Shown here: piece after piece, positions 45,406-56,289 of the stretch | Layout of the letters: every line of letters begins with the position of its first letter | Position numbering within the stretch: the first letter of the stretch is position 1 | From: Cyanidioschyzon merolae | Taxonomy: Eukaryota | Length of the DNA stretch: 64,000 bases | Strand: one strand, 5' to 3' | Assembly: GCA_000091205.1 (NCBI GenBank) | Contig: AP006492.2 | Made by a program: the position numbers and the translations under genes | Notes under the pieces: generated by a model | Database searches by the model: none | Seen by the model: only the letters and a program-made list of their open reading frames with translations | Told to the model about the DNA's origin: nothing

Positions 45406-45930
45406 TTAGACTCCCGGATGGAGGAGCATGAGTAGTCGACGTTGGCGCACGACGACTTGTTCACAAGTTGATGCCGGATGCTCACTGAAGTTGTCATTTT
45501 CAATAATCGATTCCGTTGGAGAGAGAAATCCAACTTGATTTGAGGCCATCGATGAATCTGTATTCGACAGTAGCATGACATCTCTCATGGCATATGCCCC
45601 GAGAGGCTCCCGTCTCTTCTGTTTGCGACAAAAAGGGTATTGGAATCGGATGTGAGTTATCGTAGCGATCGCTTCCAGTGGAACGTGTGTTACTGCGTTG
45701 CCCGAATCGAGTGCAGACGGATCGAAGGTTCGCGAGGCCTTCTCAAGCGTCGATTTTGCTTCCGGCACTTGTTTCACCACGGATAGTATCGTGCTCCACA
45801 AATCCGTCACCGAATGGAACAGCATGGGCCCTTGCGCGTGCAGCAGACAAAGCCCTCGTCGACGGCATCGCCACGAAGAATCACCCGATCTGTGGGGCGT
45901 CGCCCCTGGTCCGGAAACGGAGGCGTGCAT
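45406..45930 (-). CDS. Member (diverged copy) of a small repeated ORF family also present at 56626-56862 and 62051-62380
   Basis: The C-terminal block LFHSVTDLWSTILSVVKQVPEAKSTLEKASRTFDPSAL aligns with LFRSIEYLWNAMLPIMKQVTDGKSRLENKSRNFEPSTL through conservative substitutions (I/V, M/I, D/E, T/A). The start region MHASVSGPGA shares the cgATGCACcCCTCCGTTTCCG context. Confidence 0.3.
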   Translation of the reverse strand: MHASVSGPGATPHRSGDSSWRCRRRGLCLLHAQGPMLFHSVTDLWSTILSVVKQVPEAKSTLEKASRTFDPSALDSGNAVTHVPLEAIATITHIRFQYPFCRKQKRREPLGAYAMRDVMLLSNTDSSMASNQVGFLSPTESIIENDNFSEHPASTCEQVVVRQRRLLMLLHPGV

Positions 45931-46553
45931 CGAGGCGAGCCTGCTGTGCCCGTCATGGATATGTACAGCGTGATAGGGAAAACGTTCATGTTTTACTGGG
46001 CGGTGCCCAAATGAAGAGATGTTTTGGACGCATGGGAGTCATCGACAGTGGTCAAGTGTCACTGCTGCGAAGCGTGCATCAAGGCTGTATACCTAAAAGA
46101 TGGAAATGGCTAGCGAAGCATAGATCGCTGCTCCCGCCTGTGCATGGAAATCGTAGACAGCAGCAGGTAGCCGCGACATATCGGGATGCGCACGCTACCG
46201 TCATCGTCCTCCGACTGCGAACACCGGAACTGGAGTGACGGGATAGACCTGTGTATTTAAGGCAAATCATGAGGGCAAGGAAGAGGAGGCAGTCGCAGAA
46301 ACAGCCCATAAATTCGGTTTTGATATTCATCGTACATGAGCAAAGCTTCAGCATGAGTGCACCCGAGTTCGAGAACCTGCTCTATGTTTTCTGACATGGG
46401 CGCATGGAATTGCTCGCTGTCTGCATGGTTTACTGGATGCGGTGCCCTGCGTTGTCATCGGTTTTGGCAGACACGACTCTTGAACAAGCGTGCGGACTGG
46501 ACGCGCTCCTTCCGAGGCGTTCCTGAACAAGTGAGCTTCACAGCTTTCATGAC

Positions 46554-47240
46554 TTGTGGCGTGTCGTCCTCTTGAGGCTTCGCTCGGGGTACTCGTCGAA
46601 CGCCTTTGCAGCGTGTCCTGCTGCGCGCGCCGGGGTTAGTGTCCGAGGACCAGCTCTCGCACGCGAACACCGAGCGTACGGCCGAACTCTTCTAAGAATC
46701 GTTTCAGCCATGGATAACGAAACCTTTTCTGACTTGGACGATGACAGGCCGCTTGATGAAGTTTTGAAAAACTCGACTCGTACCGAGTCTGGGACTCCTC
46801 CAAGGAAACCGATTCGGAAGAGTAAGAAGAATCGTTCGGTACCCGCTTCCGCGAGTATCCCGCTGCGACCCGGGAGTCTCAAACAGGATCCCAGCTTGGC
46901 TGGCACGGAAGCTCTCGAGCAAGAACCAGCGAGTGTCTCGAAGAACGCTGAGAGCGGCGCAGGCGAAAACGGCGCTTCCGATAAAGCAGTTCGAGCGAGC
47001 AACTCGCCGGCAAAGAAGTATGCTCTTCCCGGACAGAGACGAGACCCGCCGCCAGAGAACGACCCTCTGCGCATTTTCTACACCACCATGAGGGAAGAGA
47101 AATTGCGAAAGTATGGCCGTTCATCTGTGCTTGCGGATGAATGGCTCATGGTACATGGCTTGCTGGATGAAGAGACGGCCCGCAGCGTTCTCGATGCACG
47201 ACGCAAGCGCCAGATGGAAGTTTTGCGTCAAACGCCATGA
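46554..47240 (+). CDS. Hypothetical protein; the likely start is the Met at 46703 (MDNETFSDLDDD). It has a Lys/Ser-rich middle and a conserved-looking C-terminal block DPLRIFYTTMREEKLRKYGRSSVLADEWLMVHGLL.
   Basis: ORF with protein-like C-terminal segment; no family recognised by eye. Confidence 0.35.
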   Translation: MWRVVLLRLRSGYSSNAFAACPAARAGVSVRGPALAREHRAYGRTLLRIVSAMDNETFSDLDDDRPLDEVLKNSTRTESGTPPRKPIRKSKKNRSVPASASIPLRPGSLKQDPSLAGTEALEQEPASVSKNAESGAGENGASDKAVRASNSPAKKYALPGQRRDPPPENDPLRIFYTTMREEKLRKYGRSSVLADEWLMVHGLLDEETARSVLDARRKRQMEVLRQTP

Positions 47241-48148
47241 ATCCGTAATGGTATGGATGAAGTGGTTTCTCGCATTTTTCACGAGGTGCCAGAGCTGACG
47301 CCAGTCGACGTTAACCAACATGAATAGGCACCAGTGGTTACCCAGCAGCACCATCACGTACTAGTCGGCGCTAACCGACATGGATATGCACAAGTCGCTG
47401 CCAAGGAGCATCAGGAATCGAATGCATCCCGACTGCGAGTATGCAGACCCGCCGAATAAAGCCTCATTTGAAATCCTCCTCTGCAAAGCAGATCCAATTG
47501 CATGCCACTCGGTACTTAGATCAAAGCGGTGGATCTTCAAGGCACGCAGTCAAGAACGCAGGATCATGAATCCCGCTGTCTGCTTTCATGAGCGATCGTA
47601 TCGAAAGCCTCGGCTCTGTTGAGAGATGCGGCACATTCTGGGATCGGCGTGACGCTGGGTATCGCATCTCGAAAGGACGCTTTCACTGCGTTTTACAATG
47701 ATACCTCACGCTGACGCCGCTCGCCTTGGCTGTGCTTGTACACCGTGCGTCCTGGTGCCGAGCCAGCCTCCGTACCCACCGCACAGTAAAGTACCAGTTC
47801 ACGATGCACGTAACCTCTGTGACGAGCGGATGTTGACGGAGCGCGGTCGTTTTCCTGACCGCCTCGCACTTTCAATCGAAGTAAAATATTTATGTGACCG
47901 GGGAGAAAACCTATCTCATATATTGAGAGCGCTGTGCGCAGCAGGCGACACGGTGCCAGCGATGCCGCGTCGCTGATTCAGATGCGGCTACGGACTCGCG
48001 CATGGCTGGTAAGAGCTCGCCCCAGACACAGGGACCGGTGCTCGCACGTATGGTATCGAACGGGCATCTGGGGTCTCGTTCGCCGCTGCAGTTGTCACTC
48101 GCAGCGTCCGCGCTCGTAAGCTCCTTTGGTGTTATGACGGAATGGGAT

Positions 48149-49624
48149 TTAGTGCTTCCCAGATTTCTGAGCGCCGGTAAACCTCGCCCAGAGCGCCCAC
48201 TGCTGACTACCCCAAAACGTATTTCCCCAGCGCAGCAGGTAGGTGGCTACGCCCTCAACAAAACGAGGCGAATTTCCGAGGATTTTCGGGAAGATGTGGA
48301 TTTCGATTCCATTCACTAACTGGTAACGAGTACTCGAACTCAGTCCCAAGAACAAACCGTACATGATAGAGGTAAAGAGGACGTTACTCTTGGGGTTCTG
48401 CGGAACAAACTCGGGATCCAGCATTTGACGTACCGACAGGAGTACGTTGGTGACGGAAACCCCGATCGCCGCGCAAGCAGTACCCGTAACGAACAACTGC
48501 GTGGCTTTGAACAGATAGCATGCAATGCGCTGCTGCAATGTATATGGACGATCTACTTGGAAGATATTCGAAGGCATTCCGTTTGTATAATTGGAGACGA
48601 TGCGACCAACTGACCCAAAAGGACTTGAAGTTGCCATGGCGGGATTCAGTTTCACCGAAGGTGCCGGGAAGTAGACAAGCGCAAAGTCTGCCAGCAGTGC
48701 CATGAGCACGTTCGCAAAGACAAAGTCGAGTTCATCGAAGAAGCGATCCCGACGTACCTCGTACTCGGCACTTAGTTTCCCGCAAAGGCCTAGACCTTCT
48801 TCTATCAAAATTTTGGTGAGGAAGAGGTTATCTGCGAGGAATCGCTCACGCATCCCGCGCGATGTTCGGTTCATCAGGAAACGCGACACCGGATTGGATG
48901 CGGCGTAGATGTAGTTCTTAATCACAGCAGCCGAGATGATGCCCTTCTGGAACGCTTCACGGACATCATTTGGGATGTCGTTCCAGGTAAAGGAACGCGA
49001 CTCCATGAACCGAGTCAAGTCACCTGCAGCGCTCAGCGGACGCGATGGTTCGAAGCTGCCCTCGTCGCCGCCGCCGCCGCCGCCACCACCACCACCACCA
49101 CCGCCACCGCCACCGCCACCGCTCTTGCCTCCGGTGCCGCCAAAGTCGCTCCCCTCGTAACGAGGCTCGCTGGGTGTTCCGGGTGCTCCAGCGCGCGCCT
49201 CATAGCCGGTTTCGTCCTCTAGTGACTGGCCCCCGTTTACTGGCACGGTATTCAAGTCCGTAATTCGTGCGTGTGCAGTGCCTCCAGCATCGACTGATAA
49301 TACTAAACTTCGTAGCGGGCGCCGCGCTGGCACTCCCACGGACCTGTGTGCACGGACGGGCACTCTTGGTGGCGATCGCAATGACGTCGCGCCCCGGCGG
49401 AGCGCTCGCCGGCAACCCGTCCAGACATTCGTGCAACCCCACGAAGAAGATACCACAAAAGCCATGATGCCGCGGGTGCAAGGTTGAATTATTCGAGTTT
49501 CGTCCAGCGGGCTGCCGACTTCGTCGCCGGTCCTCTCGAACAGCACTAAAAATGACGTTCGATGATGGGCGCGGAGCGTATCGGCCGATCGCCGGCCGCG
49601 GCGAACGCCGTCCAACTGGTACAC
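48149..49624 (-). CDS. RETICULATA-related (DUF3411) family protein, plastid-envelope type, with an 18-residue poly-Gly tract
   Basis: RFLADNLFLTKILIEEGLGLCGKLSAEYEVRRDRFFDELDFVFANVLMALLADFALVYFPAPS parallels the DUF3411 core remembered from plant RER proteins (R.LADPSFLYKLLLEQ...NRKDRIKQEWDLALINVL...). C-terminal hydrophobic helices are present. The poly-Gly tract comes from the (GGC/GGT)n repeat at 49062-49135. Confidence 0.6.
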   Translation of the reverse strand: MYQLDGVRRGRRSADTLRAHHRTSFLVLFERTGDEVGSPLDETRIIQPCTRGIMAFVVSSSWGCTNVWTGCRRALRRGATSLRSPPRVPVRAHRSVGVPARRPLRSLVLSVDAGGTAHARITDLNTVPVNGGQSLEDETGYEARAGAPGTPSEPRYEGSDFGGTGGKSGGGGGGGGGGGGGGGGGGDEGSFEPSRPLSAAGDLTRFMESRSFTWNDIPNDVREAFQKGIISAAVIKNYIYAASNPVSRFLMNRTSRGMRERFLADNLFLTKILIEEGLGLCGKLSAEYEVRRDRFFDELDFVFANVLMALLADFALVYFPAPSVKLNPAMATSSPFGSVGRIVSNYTNGMPSNIFQVDRPYTLQQRIACYLFKATQLFVTGTACAAIGVSVTNVLLSVRQMLDPEFVPQNPKSNVLFTSIMYGLFLGLSSSTRYQLVNGIEIHIFPKILGNSPRFVEGVATYLLRWGNTFWGSQQWALWARFTGAQKSGKH

Positions 49625-49699
49625 CGCGCTGCATACGTGGCGTAATGCCGGCGGCGAGCGGCGCGTTGTAGGCAGGATTGTTTTTCCCTGACAAACCGA

Positions 49700-49725
49700 T
49701 TACTTAGGCCAGCGTTTTCCGATTG
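49700..49725 (+). promoter_or_regulatory. Second copy of the 26-nt motif, about 80 bp upstream of the RETICULATA-related gene start codon (49624, minus strand)
   Basis: See 14671-14696. Confidence 0.4.
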
Positions 49726-51535
49726 GACGCCTCCTCTGTCTTTTTCTTCAGCTCACGGTGAAGCATCCGTCAAACCCATCGCTTCCGAGTTCCATCACCC
49801 ATATTTCTTCTCGGACATACCGGTCGTTTCTCATGTTCTATCGTGTGTGCCTAGTACCTGCGGTTCTGTATCCGCCTTTGGACCTTAATAGCTGGGGCAG
49901 ATAGCTCATAGAGACACAAAGGCTTTTCTATACCACAAAGGACGTCGGTTCGAGGCGTGCTTCATCCGACCTAGAATCGGGTCTCGTCGTCAGTTTGTGC
50001 CTGGACAGTCTGCAGATGCAGGTTTGCCTTTACTGTACGACACGTTAGAGACACATTTGGCTGTTAGGATATATCCTGGGAGCCGGCCCGTTCCCTCGTG
50101 ATCTTTCATGAAATGCATTGTCGTTTCGCGACACGGGCTCGTGTTTGGCATGTGCGAGTGGGTAGGCCCAGAAAGCGCACCGGGCCGGTGTGCGCATCCG
50201 ATTCAATGGACAGCGCGCACCAGTGCGATGAGGGCGCGCGACCGTCTGGCGAGGCGTGCAGATCCCGCTTCCGACACCCGGTATCGCATTGAAACTGCGA
50301 GCACTGCGCTGTCGATACTTGATGGAGGCACTTTATTCGGTACGAGCTCACACAAGGGTGTGCGTTTCACATTCGATTGGCGGGGTGCGCTTCATTGGCG
50401 AGTCGAATGCAGCCCGAGCGCGGTGAAAATGGTCTCACTGCTCGGGGGACGTTCTATGAGCAGAAACGCGATGCTTCGAATAGCAGCTGCCGGACTGGTG
50501 TTCTGCTGGTGAATTGCGCCAGCAATTTGGGAACCTCGAGATCAGTACAACAGCAGGTGTGATGCTGAGCAGGTGCGCCTCACTTGCCTCTGCGATATCT
50601 ACGGACGAAGGATGCATGGTTTCATGATCGGCATGCCGCCGAGCTGGCATCGTTCGGTCGGTTCGAGGCAACATGCTAGGCGTTCTGGCGCCCCGCATCG
50701 AATCCTGCTGTGCAATGCCGGCCTGCTTTCTTTGAGCTGCATGTTTAACTTCCGTCTCAGAAGCGAAGATTGCGCCGATTACGCGAGATCGATATGCAAT
50801 GAGAGTACCTGGAAACGCGTCCCGTGCGAAACGCTGTCGAGCATGGCAGCGGCTTCCATGTACCAGATCAGCGCTTTCCGGTCCATGAACATAGAGGGAA
50901 CCTTTTTTTCCTGGTATGCCGAACTCGCCAGTGCGGGCGTTCGGCCGGCGCCCTGCTGTTCGTTCGTTTACCGTATCCGCGAGCGCCAAGCCTCGCTTGC
51001 ACCGATGCCTCGGACCGGAGTGTTCTGTGCATGCTGCCAAATTGTAGAAACGCCGAATTCATCTTTGAAACAACGGCCTCTGTCCTTTGCGGTTCGAGTA
51101 TGTCTGCAGAGGCATGTATCTGCCTAGGATACATGTGCTCTTCCTCGCGAGCGCGCTACCAACCACCCGCCCCGAAAAACATCGACTCAAGACACCTGCG
51201 CGTGATTGTTTGCTGCGGCATTTTGCTTCCACGGCAGAGCAGGTCATCCGTTGCATAAAGATATTCGCGGGTCATTTATGCATGACTAGAGCGCGGCAAC
51301 CTTTGACTCGGTCATTACCAGACAGCACAGACGCAGGCCGTTCAGATGTGTGCAGCCGCTCAGCGCTCCCAAATCGATTACCCTAAACGGATTCTACCAA
51401 CTGCTCGAGTACTCCCAGGTATCGACGTACAACCTGCTGTTCCTGTGCAAACCTATGGGTACGCCAACAGCTCGAGAAAGGTCTCCCCATGGGGTGTCAA
51501 GGCCGGAACGAATGCGCCACGCGAGGCATTGCTTT

Positions 51536-51570
<35 letters not shown>

Positions 51571-51571
51571 C
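51536..51571. repeat. Microsatellite (CACG)8
   Basis: cacgcacgcacgcacgcacgcacgcacgcacc, read directly. Confidence 0.95.
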
Positions 51572-51877
51572 CGGCACGCAAGGATGCGCGGACAGCGCGC
51601 CGCCATTGCCGCCGGATCGCCCGCGCCTTCGCGCAGCGCGCCGCCGGCCCGCGCGATGGCAGCCACCGCAGCGGCCGCTTGTAGTCGGACGCAGCTCTAG
51701 CTACACGCGCTACCACTGTGCCATCGGACGAGCGACTTGTCTTGTGCGCGCCTGTGTAGAGTACACGCGCTGTTTAGGAGTCTAAAGGTACGTTTGTGTC
51801 ACCTTGCAAGGGTCCCAGTAGACTTGGTCTTTGAGGAAGAAAAGCGCAGTTGACGCTGACTCAAAACCAGGACTCTG

Positions 51878-52966
51878 ATGTCAGCGTTTGCTGTGCCTGC
51901 GGCGCACCCTGCGAGGAGGCAGCGCCCGGCGCTAGGACTTGATCGGCCGCTCGTTCCGCGATGGAGTTCGAAACGGCAGGTGCTTTTTCATCGGGGTCGG
52001 CCACTCGTGACCTTTCGGAAACATTTACTAAGTGCGACAGAGAGAGTGTGTCTTAGTGAACAGAGGACGCCTGGCGTTGTCGGGCAACCGGCGCCCGAGA
52101 CTTCCTGGATGCAACGTGCCGCACGGGCGCTCTTGCTAGGTCTGGCGACGGTTAACATATGGACGCCACTTCTGCGTGGATTCAGCCTCGGTGCCGGGCT
52201 GCAGGTACTGCTGGGAGCGCCAGCAGTGAGCGCGGCGAAAACACCGCATGCACGCTACTCGCGCAAAACGCTGAGCGAGAAACTCGCGCAGGTGCCAGTC
52301 TTCGCGGTGACGAATGAGTCTGGGCAACCCTTTTTAGCTGCAATGGAACGTGGACTGCAAGTGGGACTTATTTTCTTCGACCCAGATGATGCGATAAAAA
52401 TGCTCGAGGACCTGAAACGGAGCTCCGGCAAAGAGGCAGAGGATGCACGTATTTTCATTATGGGTCTGGATCGTGCCTTCGAAATGGTGAAGAGCAAACC
52501 GCAGCCGAGCGGGCTTCGCGGACCCCGTGGCGATGAGCTGAAAATGGTCTTCCGTTTCTACCCCAATCAACAACAGCTCGAGTATGCGCGAACTGTGGCG
52601 AAGAAGACAAAACAACCCACTGTACGGGGCGTGCCGTGCTTCGTGGCAAAAGGTCTAACGCTCCGGAAAGGGAAAGAATTCGTGATTCCCATTTTTCTGG
52701 ACAAAAGGGATCTCGATGAGGCATGGAATCGACTGCGTCAGGAGCTTGCAGAGCTTCCCAAGCAGCCAGAGATAGAGGTAGGCGACCTCATCGAGGTGAT
52801 CCTGCGCTTAGAGGAGGCTGCGAAGAATCCTAAGAGTCTGAATGAGACGGAATTACAGGATCTGCGACGAGTGGCGTTCTTTCCCTCGTCAAAAAGTGTC
52901 GAATTCATGAAGAGGGAGTCCGCGAAGCAATTCAAGGGCACTGCTCGAATGCATTCGAGGCCATAA
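51878..52966 (+). CDS. Tic22-like protein (plastid intermembrane-space translocon component) with N-terminal presequence
   Basis: Two Tic22 repeats: LAQVPVFAVTNESGQPFLAAMERGLQVGLIFFDPDDAIKMLEDL and GVPCFVAKGLTLRKGKEFVIPIFLDKRDLDEAWNRL. Confidence 0.65.
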   Translation: MSAFAVPAAHPARRQRPALGLDRPLVPRWSSKRQVLFHRGRPLVTFRKHLLSATERVCLSEQRTPGVVGQPAPETSWMQRAARALLLGLATVNIWTPLLRGFSLGAGLQVLLGAPAVSAAKTPHARYSRKTLSEKLAQVPVFAVTNESGQPFLAAMERGLQVGLIFFDPDDAIKMLEDLKRSSGKEAEDARIFIMGLDRAFEMVKSKPQPSGLRGPRGDELKMVFRFYPNQQQLEYARTVAKKTKQPTVRGVPCFVAKGLTLRKGKEFVIPIFLDKRDLDEAWNRLRQELAELPKQPEIEVGDLIEVILRLEEAAKNPKSLNETELQDLRRVAFFPSSKSVEFMKRESAKQFKGTARMHSRP

Positions 52967-53799
52967 ACTTCGGTTCTATATCAAGCATCTGTTTAGGGTT
53001 CCTGGTGTTCGGACGAACTGCCGATGTACGGCGTTTCGTTTCAGGCACGTACGCTAGGCATCCGAGCACGGATACCGGATGCCGTCGGGACGATCGCTGA
53101 CGCCGTGGTCGTGCGGGGCTGGCCGAGTCGCAGACGCTCCGAGCCGCCGTCTCGAATATCGCATGGCGGATGCGTCGCTTGCGATCGCAGCTGCGGCTTG
53201 CGTCCCTGCGCATCTGCACCACCGTGGAGCGTTCAGCAACATGGACGCCACATGATGCGCTTCCGGCGTCGAGAGTGCGAGCTGCACTCATGCCGAGCCC
53301 CAGAATTCCACTCAGTTCCCTATGGGGACTTTGGTGCGCACGAGCGAGCACCCTGCGAGTACCATTTCCAGCGGGCGCGCATGTTCGCAGCGGGTGCGGT
53401 GCTGCCGTCTTGGCCCCCAACCCGTGCAGCGCTGCGCTGTATGGGGCGTGGTAGGCACGCACAGCAGGCTCGGTGCTCGGAGGATCGCTTGAACGAACCG
53501 TTATCCCCAAATGGGCAAGTCGAGGTCATGGCTGGTTGTACCTGGAGTCATGGGGCGACATCACGGATTCATTCCTCGATACTGGTAAAAATCGCGCACC
53601 CGGTGATCCCTGGTCAGGTTCGAAATGATGGCGCCCCATGTGAAAAAACAGGCACGGCACGGCACGGCACGGCACGGCAAAGGCGCCAGCAACGCTGGCC
53701 GCGCATCAGGCTGGCGAATCGCCATCGCATTGCACGGATCGGCGCCGCTTCACCAACCACTTTATATATTGCTCATCGCGATACCATTACATCTGAGCA

Positions 53800-53893
53800 T
53801 CGTCATATGCGTAAGCATGCGCAGGTTCGAATCCTGCCGTCTGCATCTCCTATCGCAGACGTGGCCGAGCGGTCCAAGGCGTGACGTTCAGGT
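53800..53893 (+). tRNA. Circularly permuted tRNA-Leu(CAG) gene. The 3' half (positions 38/39-73; 53800-53845) precedes the 5' half (positions 1-38; 53855-53893), separated by the 9-nt linker tctcctatc.
   Basis: - 3' half: anticodon stem 3' strand CGTCA (53801-05), long variable arm TATGCGTAAGCATGC, T-stem GCAGG / loop TTCGAAT / CCTGC, acceptor 3' strand CGTCTGC (53838-44), discriminator A.
- 5' half: acceptor GCAGACG (53855-61), which is the perfect complement of CGTCTGC; then TG, D-arm GCC-GAGCGGTCCAA-GGC, G, anticodon stem TGACG (the complement of CGTCA), loop TTCAGGT with anticodon CAG.
- Flanks: a TATA-like ttatatatt at 53762-53770 upstream and a T7 run at 53898-53904 downstream. Confidence 0.8.
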
Positions 53894-54104
53894 GAGCTTT
53901 TTTTCTCGTCAGTTGTTCAATGCACCGGTTCATAGTTAATGAATTGCGCTTGTGAGTTACTCGCGCTTTCTACGGTTTTTATTATCGGTTTTGCGGCGTA
54001 GAATCTCATCAAGCGACACAAAACTCCAAGCAGAGGCGTCGTACCGAGGATAGCGACGACGCGACTCCTGGTGCGGGTTCAGGGGCGAACCTGCTGCGCG
54101 CGCC

Positions 54105-54842
54105 ATGACGAGTCCCGATCCAGCCTGGCACTGGTCAGGGAAACGTCCTACGGGGAGCGTGCTGGTAGTCCCGAACGCGCTTGCGGCCGCCTATGTTCCC
54201 CAGATGGTCTGCGATCTGCTCATAGAGAACCTCGCACTGCCGCACTTGGGCTCCGTCCAAGTGCCCCAGGTGCTTCCGTTTGCGGGTCGCGGGAGGTATA
54301 GCCACACTGATTTTCACTTTCTGAGCCCTGTCGATATGTATGCGTGCCAGGATCTGGCTGTCGTGCAGCATAGGTCTCCGATCGCACGAGGGCGCTCACG
54401 AGAACACGCGTTCCTCCTGTGGAACACCTTCGGCAGATATAGTCGACTTGTGCTGGTTCTGAACAGCATCAGTGCCGTTGCACGTGAATCAGATCGTGCC
54501 CTTAGCGCGCCGCTCGGAAGCGTTTGGTATCTGGCCAATGCACCAGGGCGTGCTTGGGTGGAAGCGCATGCTCCCGAATGGATCGCGCTCAACGAAACGG
54601 ATGTGCTACCAGCGTATTGGCCTCTAGCTCGAGCGAGAGGCTGGATTGCAGCGCTGTTTGAGGCCGCCGCCGCCACGGTTCCTCTCGTCGTCCCGCACGT
54701 GTTCGTGCACGCCGGAGATAACCGTCATGTGGCGGCTAGGCTCGTGGAATCGCTCGCTCGCTGCATGTCTTGGTCATTGGAGGAATGCAAGGAACCGCCG
54801 AGCTGGGCGATCGGTTTCGATGCGAACGGTAACGGAACCTAG
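54105..54842 (+). CDS. Proteasome assembly chaperone 2 (PAC2/PSMG2)-like protein
   Basis: GSVLVVPNALAAAYVPQMVCDLLIENLALPHLGSVQVPQVLPFAG parallels human PSMG2 FTLLMPAVSVGNVGQLAMDLIISTLNMSKIGYFYTDCLVPMVG. Downstream SRLVLVLNSIS and VHAGDNRHVAARLVESL also have PAC2 counterparts. Confidence 0.45.
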   Translation: MTSPDPAWHWSGKRPTGSVLVVPNALAAAYVPQMVCDLLIENLALPHLGSVQVPQVLPFAGRGRYSHTDFHFLSPVDMYACQDLAVVQHRSPIARGRSREHAFLLWNTFGRYSRLVLVLNSISAVARESDRALSAPLGSVWYLANAPGRAWVEAHAPEWIALNETDVLPAYWPLARARGWIAALFEAAAATVPLVVPHVFVHAGDNRHVAARLVESLARCMSWSLEECKEPPSWAIGFDANGNGT

Positions 54843-56289
54843 CAACCTGACTGCGAGCTACTTGGCACTCGTATATGCTGGTAGAGATGCATTTGCAGGG
54901 ACCAATGCCGGCTTCAGATACCGGGGGAATCAGGTGCCTCCAGGCACGCTATAGCGCCCCCGGATGAACTCTGTCGATGCTTTGGATTGGACGTTTCCGG
55001 AAGCGGGACCCGCACCCCGGCCGAGCAGGCCATAGAGGTGACTCGCGTCTGCACACGGCGACAGGTAGCCTTGTATTGAGAAATGTAGTGTTTATCGGAA
55101 CAGGTCTACTGCCTCAAATGCTGCCAGTTTACTGGTATTGTTCTGGGCAGTTTCCTGGTGAAACAACCGCCAGGCATGACGTGAGCGGAGCGCCCATCGC
55201 TTCTGCTGGTAAACGCGTGACTTGGTTGATCGTAATGCCCGATGCGACGACAAGTGGTGGCTAGGCGAAGATTTCGGAAGCGACAGCAGCTCGCTCGCAA
55301 CTCGCCACGATATCGAGCCACGGACAACGCGGCGCCTGCTGGCAGCGCTTTGTGATACGCCAGATCATTCGCACTCGGAATGCGCTCGAAAAGTGCTGGC
55401 CTCACGGAACGATTCTTCCTGTGCACACGTGCATTTGCTTGATGCGACTCCGTTGCTGGAATGGCGGCTTGATGAGCGATTCCAAGGAAAACTGTGTATG
55501 TGACCGGAGGGCGCGCACGCTGGCAAACACGTCCCGGTGCCGTGAGAAGGGCAGCGAGCGCATGACATGAACGCCGCGGCTCTACACGGAACCTGTTAGG
55601 TGCTTCTGTCTGGTAGCTTGGAAATGTAGACGATGCTAAAGAGCGGCTCCACGTTGGCGTACGGCTGACTGCGATGTATCTCGATGAGGCGTTCCTGGTA
55701 GGGGTACTTTCAAGAATGGTGGTTTCTATCTCGATCATTGTACCCAGCGGTTCCCCGCTGTCGTATCGCTAAAGTCGATGCAGCTGTCGGAAGCCTCTCT
55801 GGGGTATTTACTTTCGAGAATAGCGGATTTCTAGGCGGGCAAAACTTCGTATTGCGAGATGGCTCTCCGAATGGCGCGGCTGCATGTAGTTCACCAGGGC
55901 ACCTCTGCGACACCGGGACCACACATCTCGCGGTTTATCTTCGAAGAGGCTCGGCGTTTCTAAATGCAGCATCTGCATCGCCGCAAGATGGGTCTCTCTT
56001 CCGCTGGCCACACGTGCCGCCTGGATATCCATGACAAGGATGCGATCTGCGTCTAGATCTGAGCCTTAGAGCGTTCGGCCTGCACGCGATCTTGGTCAGT
56101 GTCCTTCATGGCGCTGTTGTGTGCAACAGCGCTGCGGAAATGGACTCGTGCGAGACTAAAATGGAACAGGTCCTCTAAATCGGACATATACAATAAAGTT
56201 GGGGTTTTCTTCCCATTATGATGAATAACAGGTTTTGCGGGCTTGTTCAGTGACGAGTTCATCCCGTCGTCTCTATCTCTCGCTCTCAT

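Noticed and set aside
53024-53884. 286-aa plus-strand ORF overlapping the permuted tRNA locus
   Set aside because: Composition is Arg/Ala/Cys-rich with no motifs, and it is explained by GC-rich non-coding DNA. The tRNA structure accounts for the conserved part.
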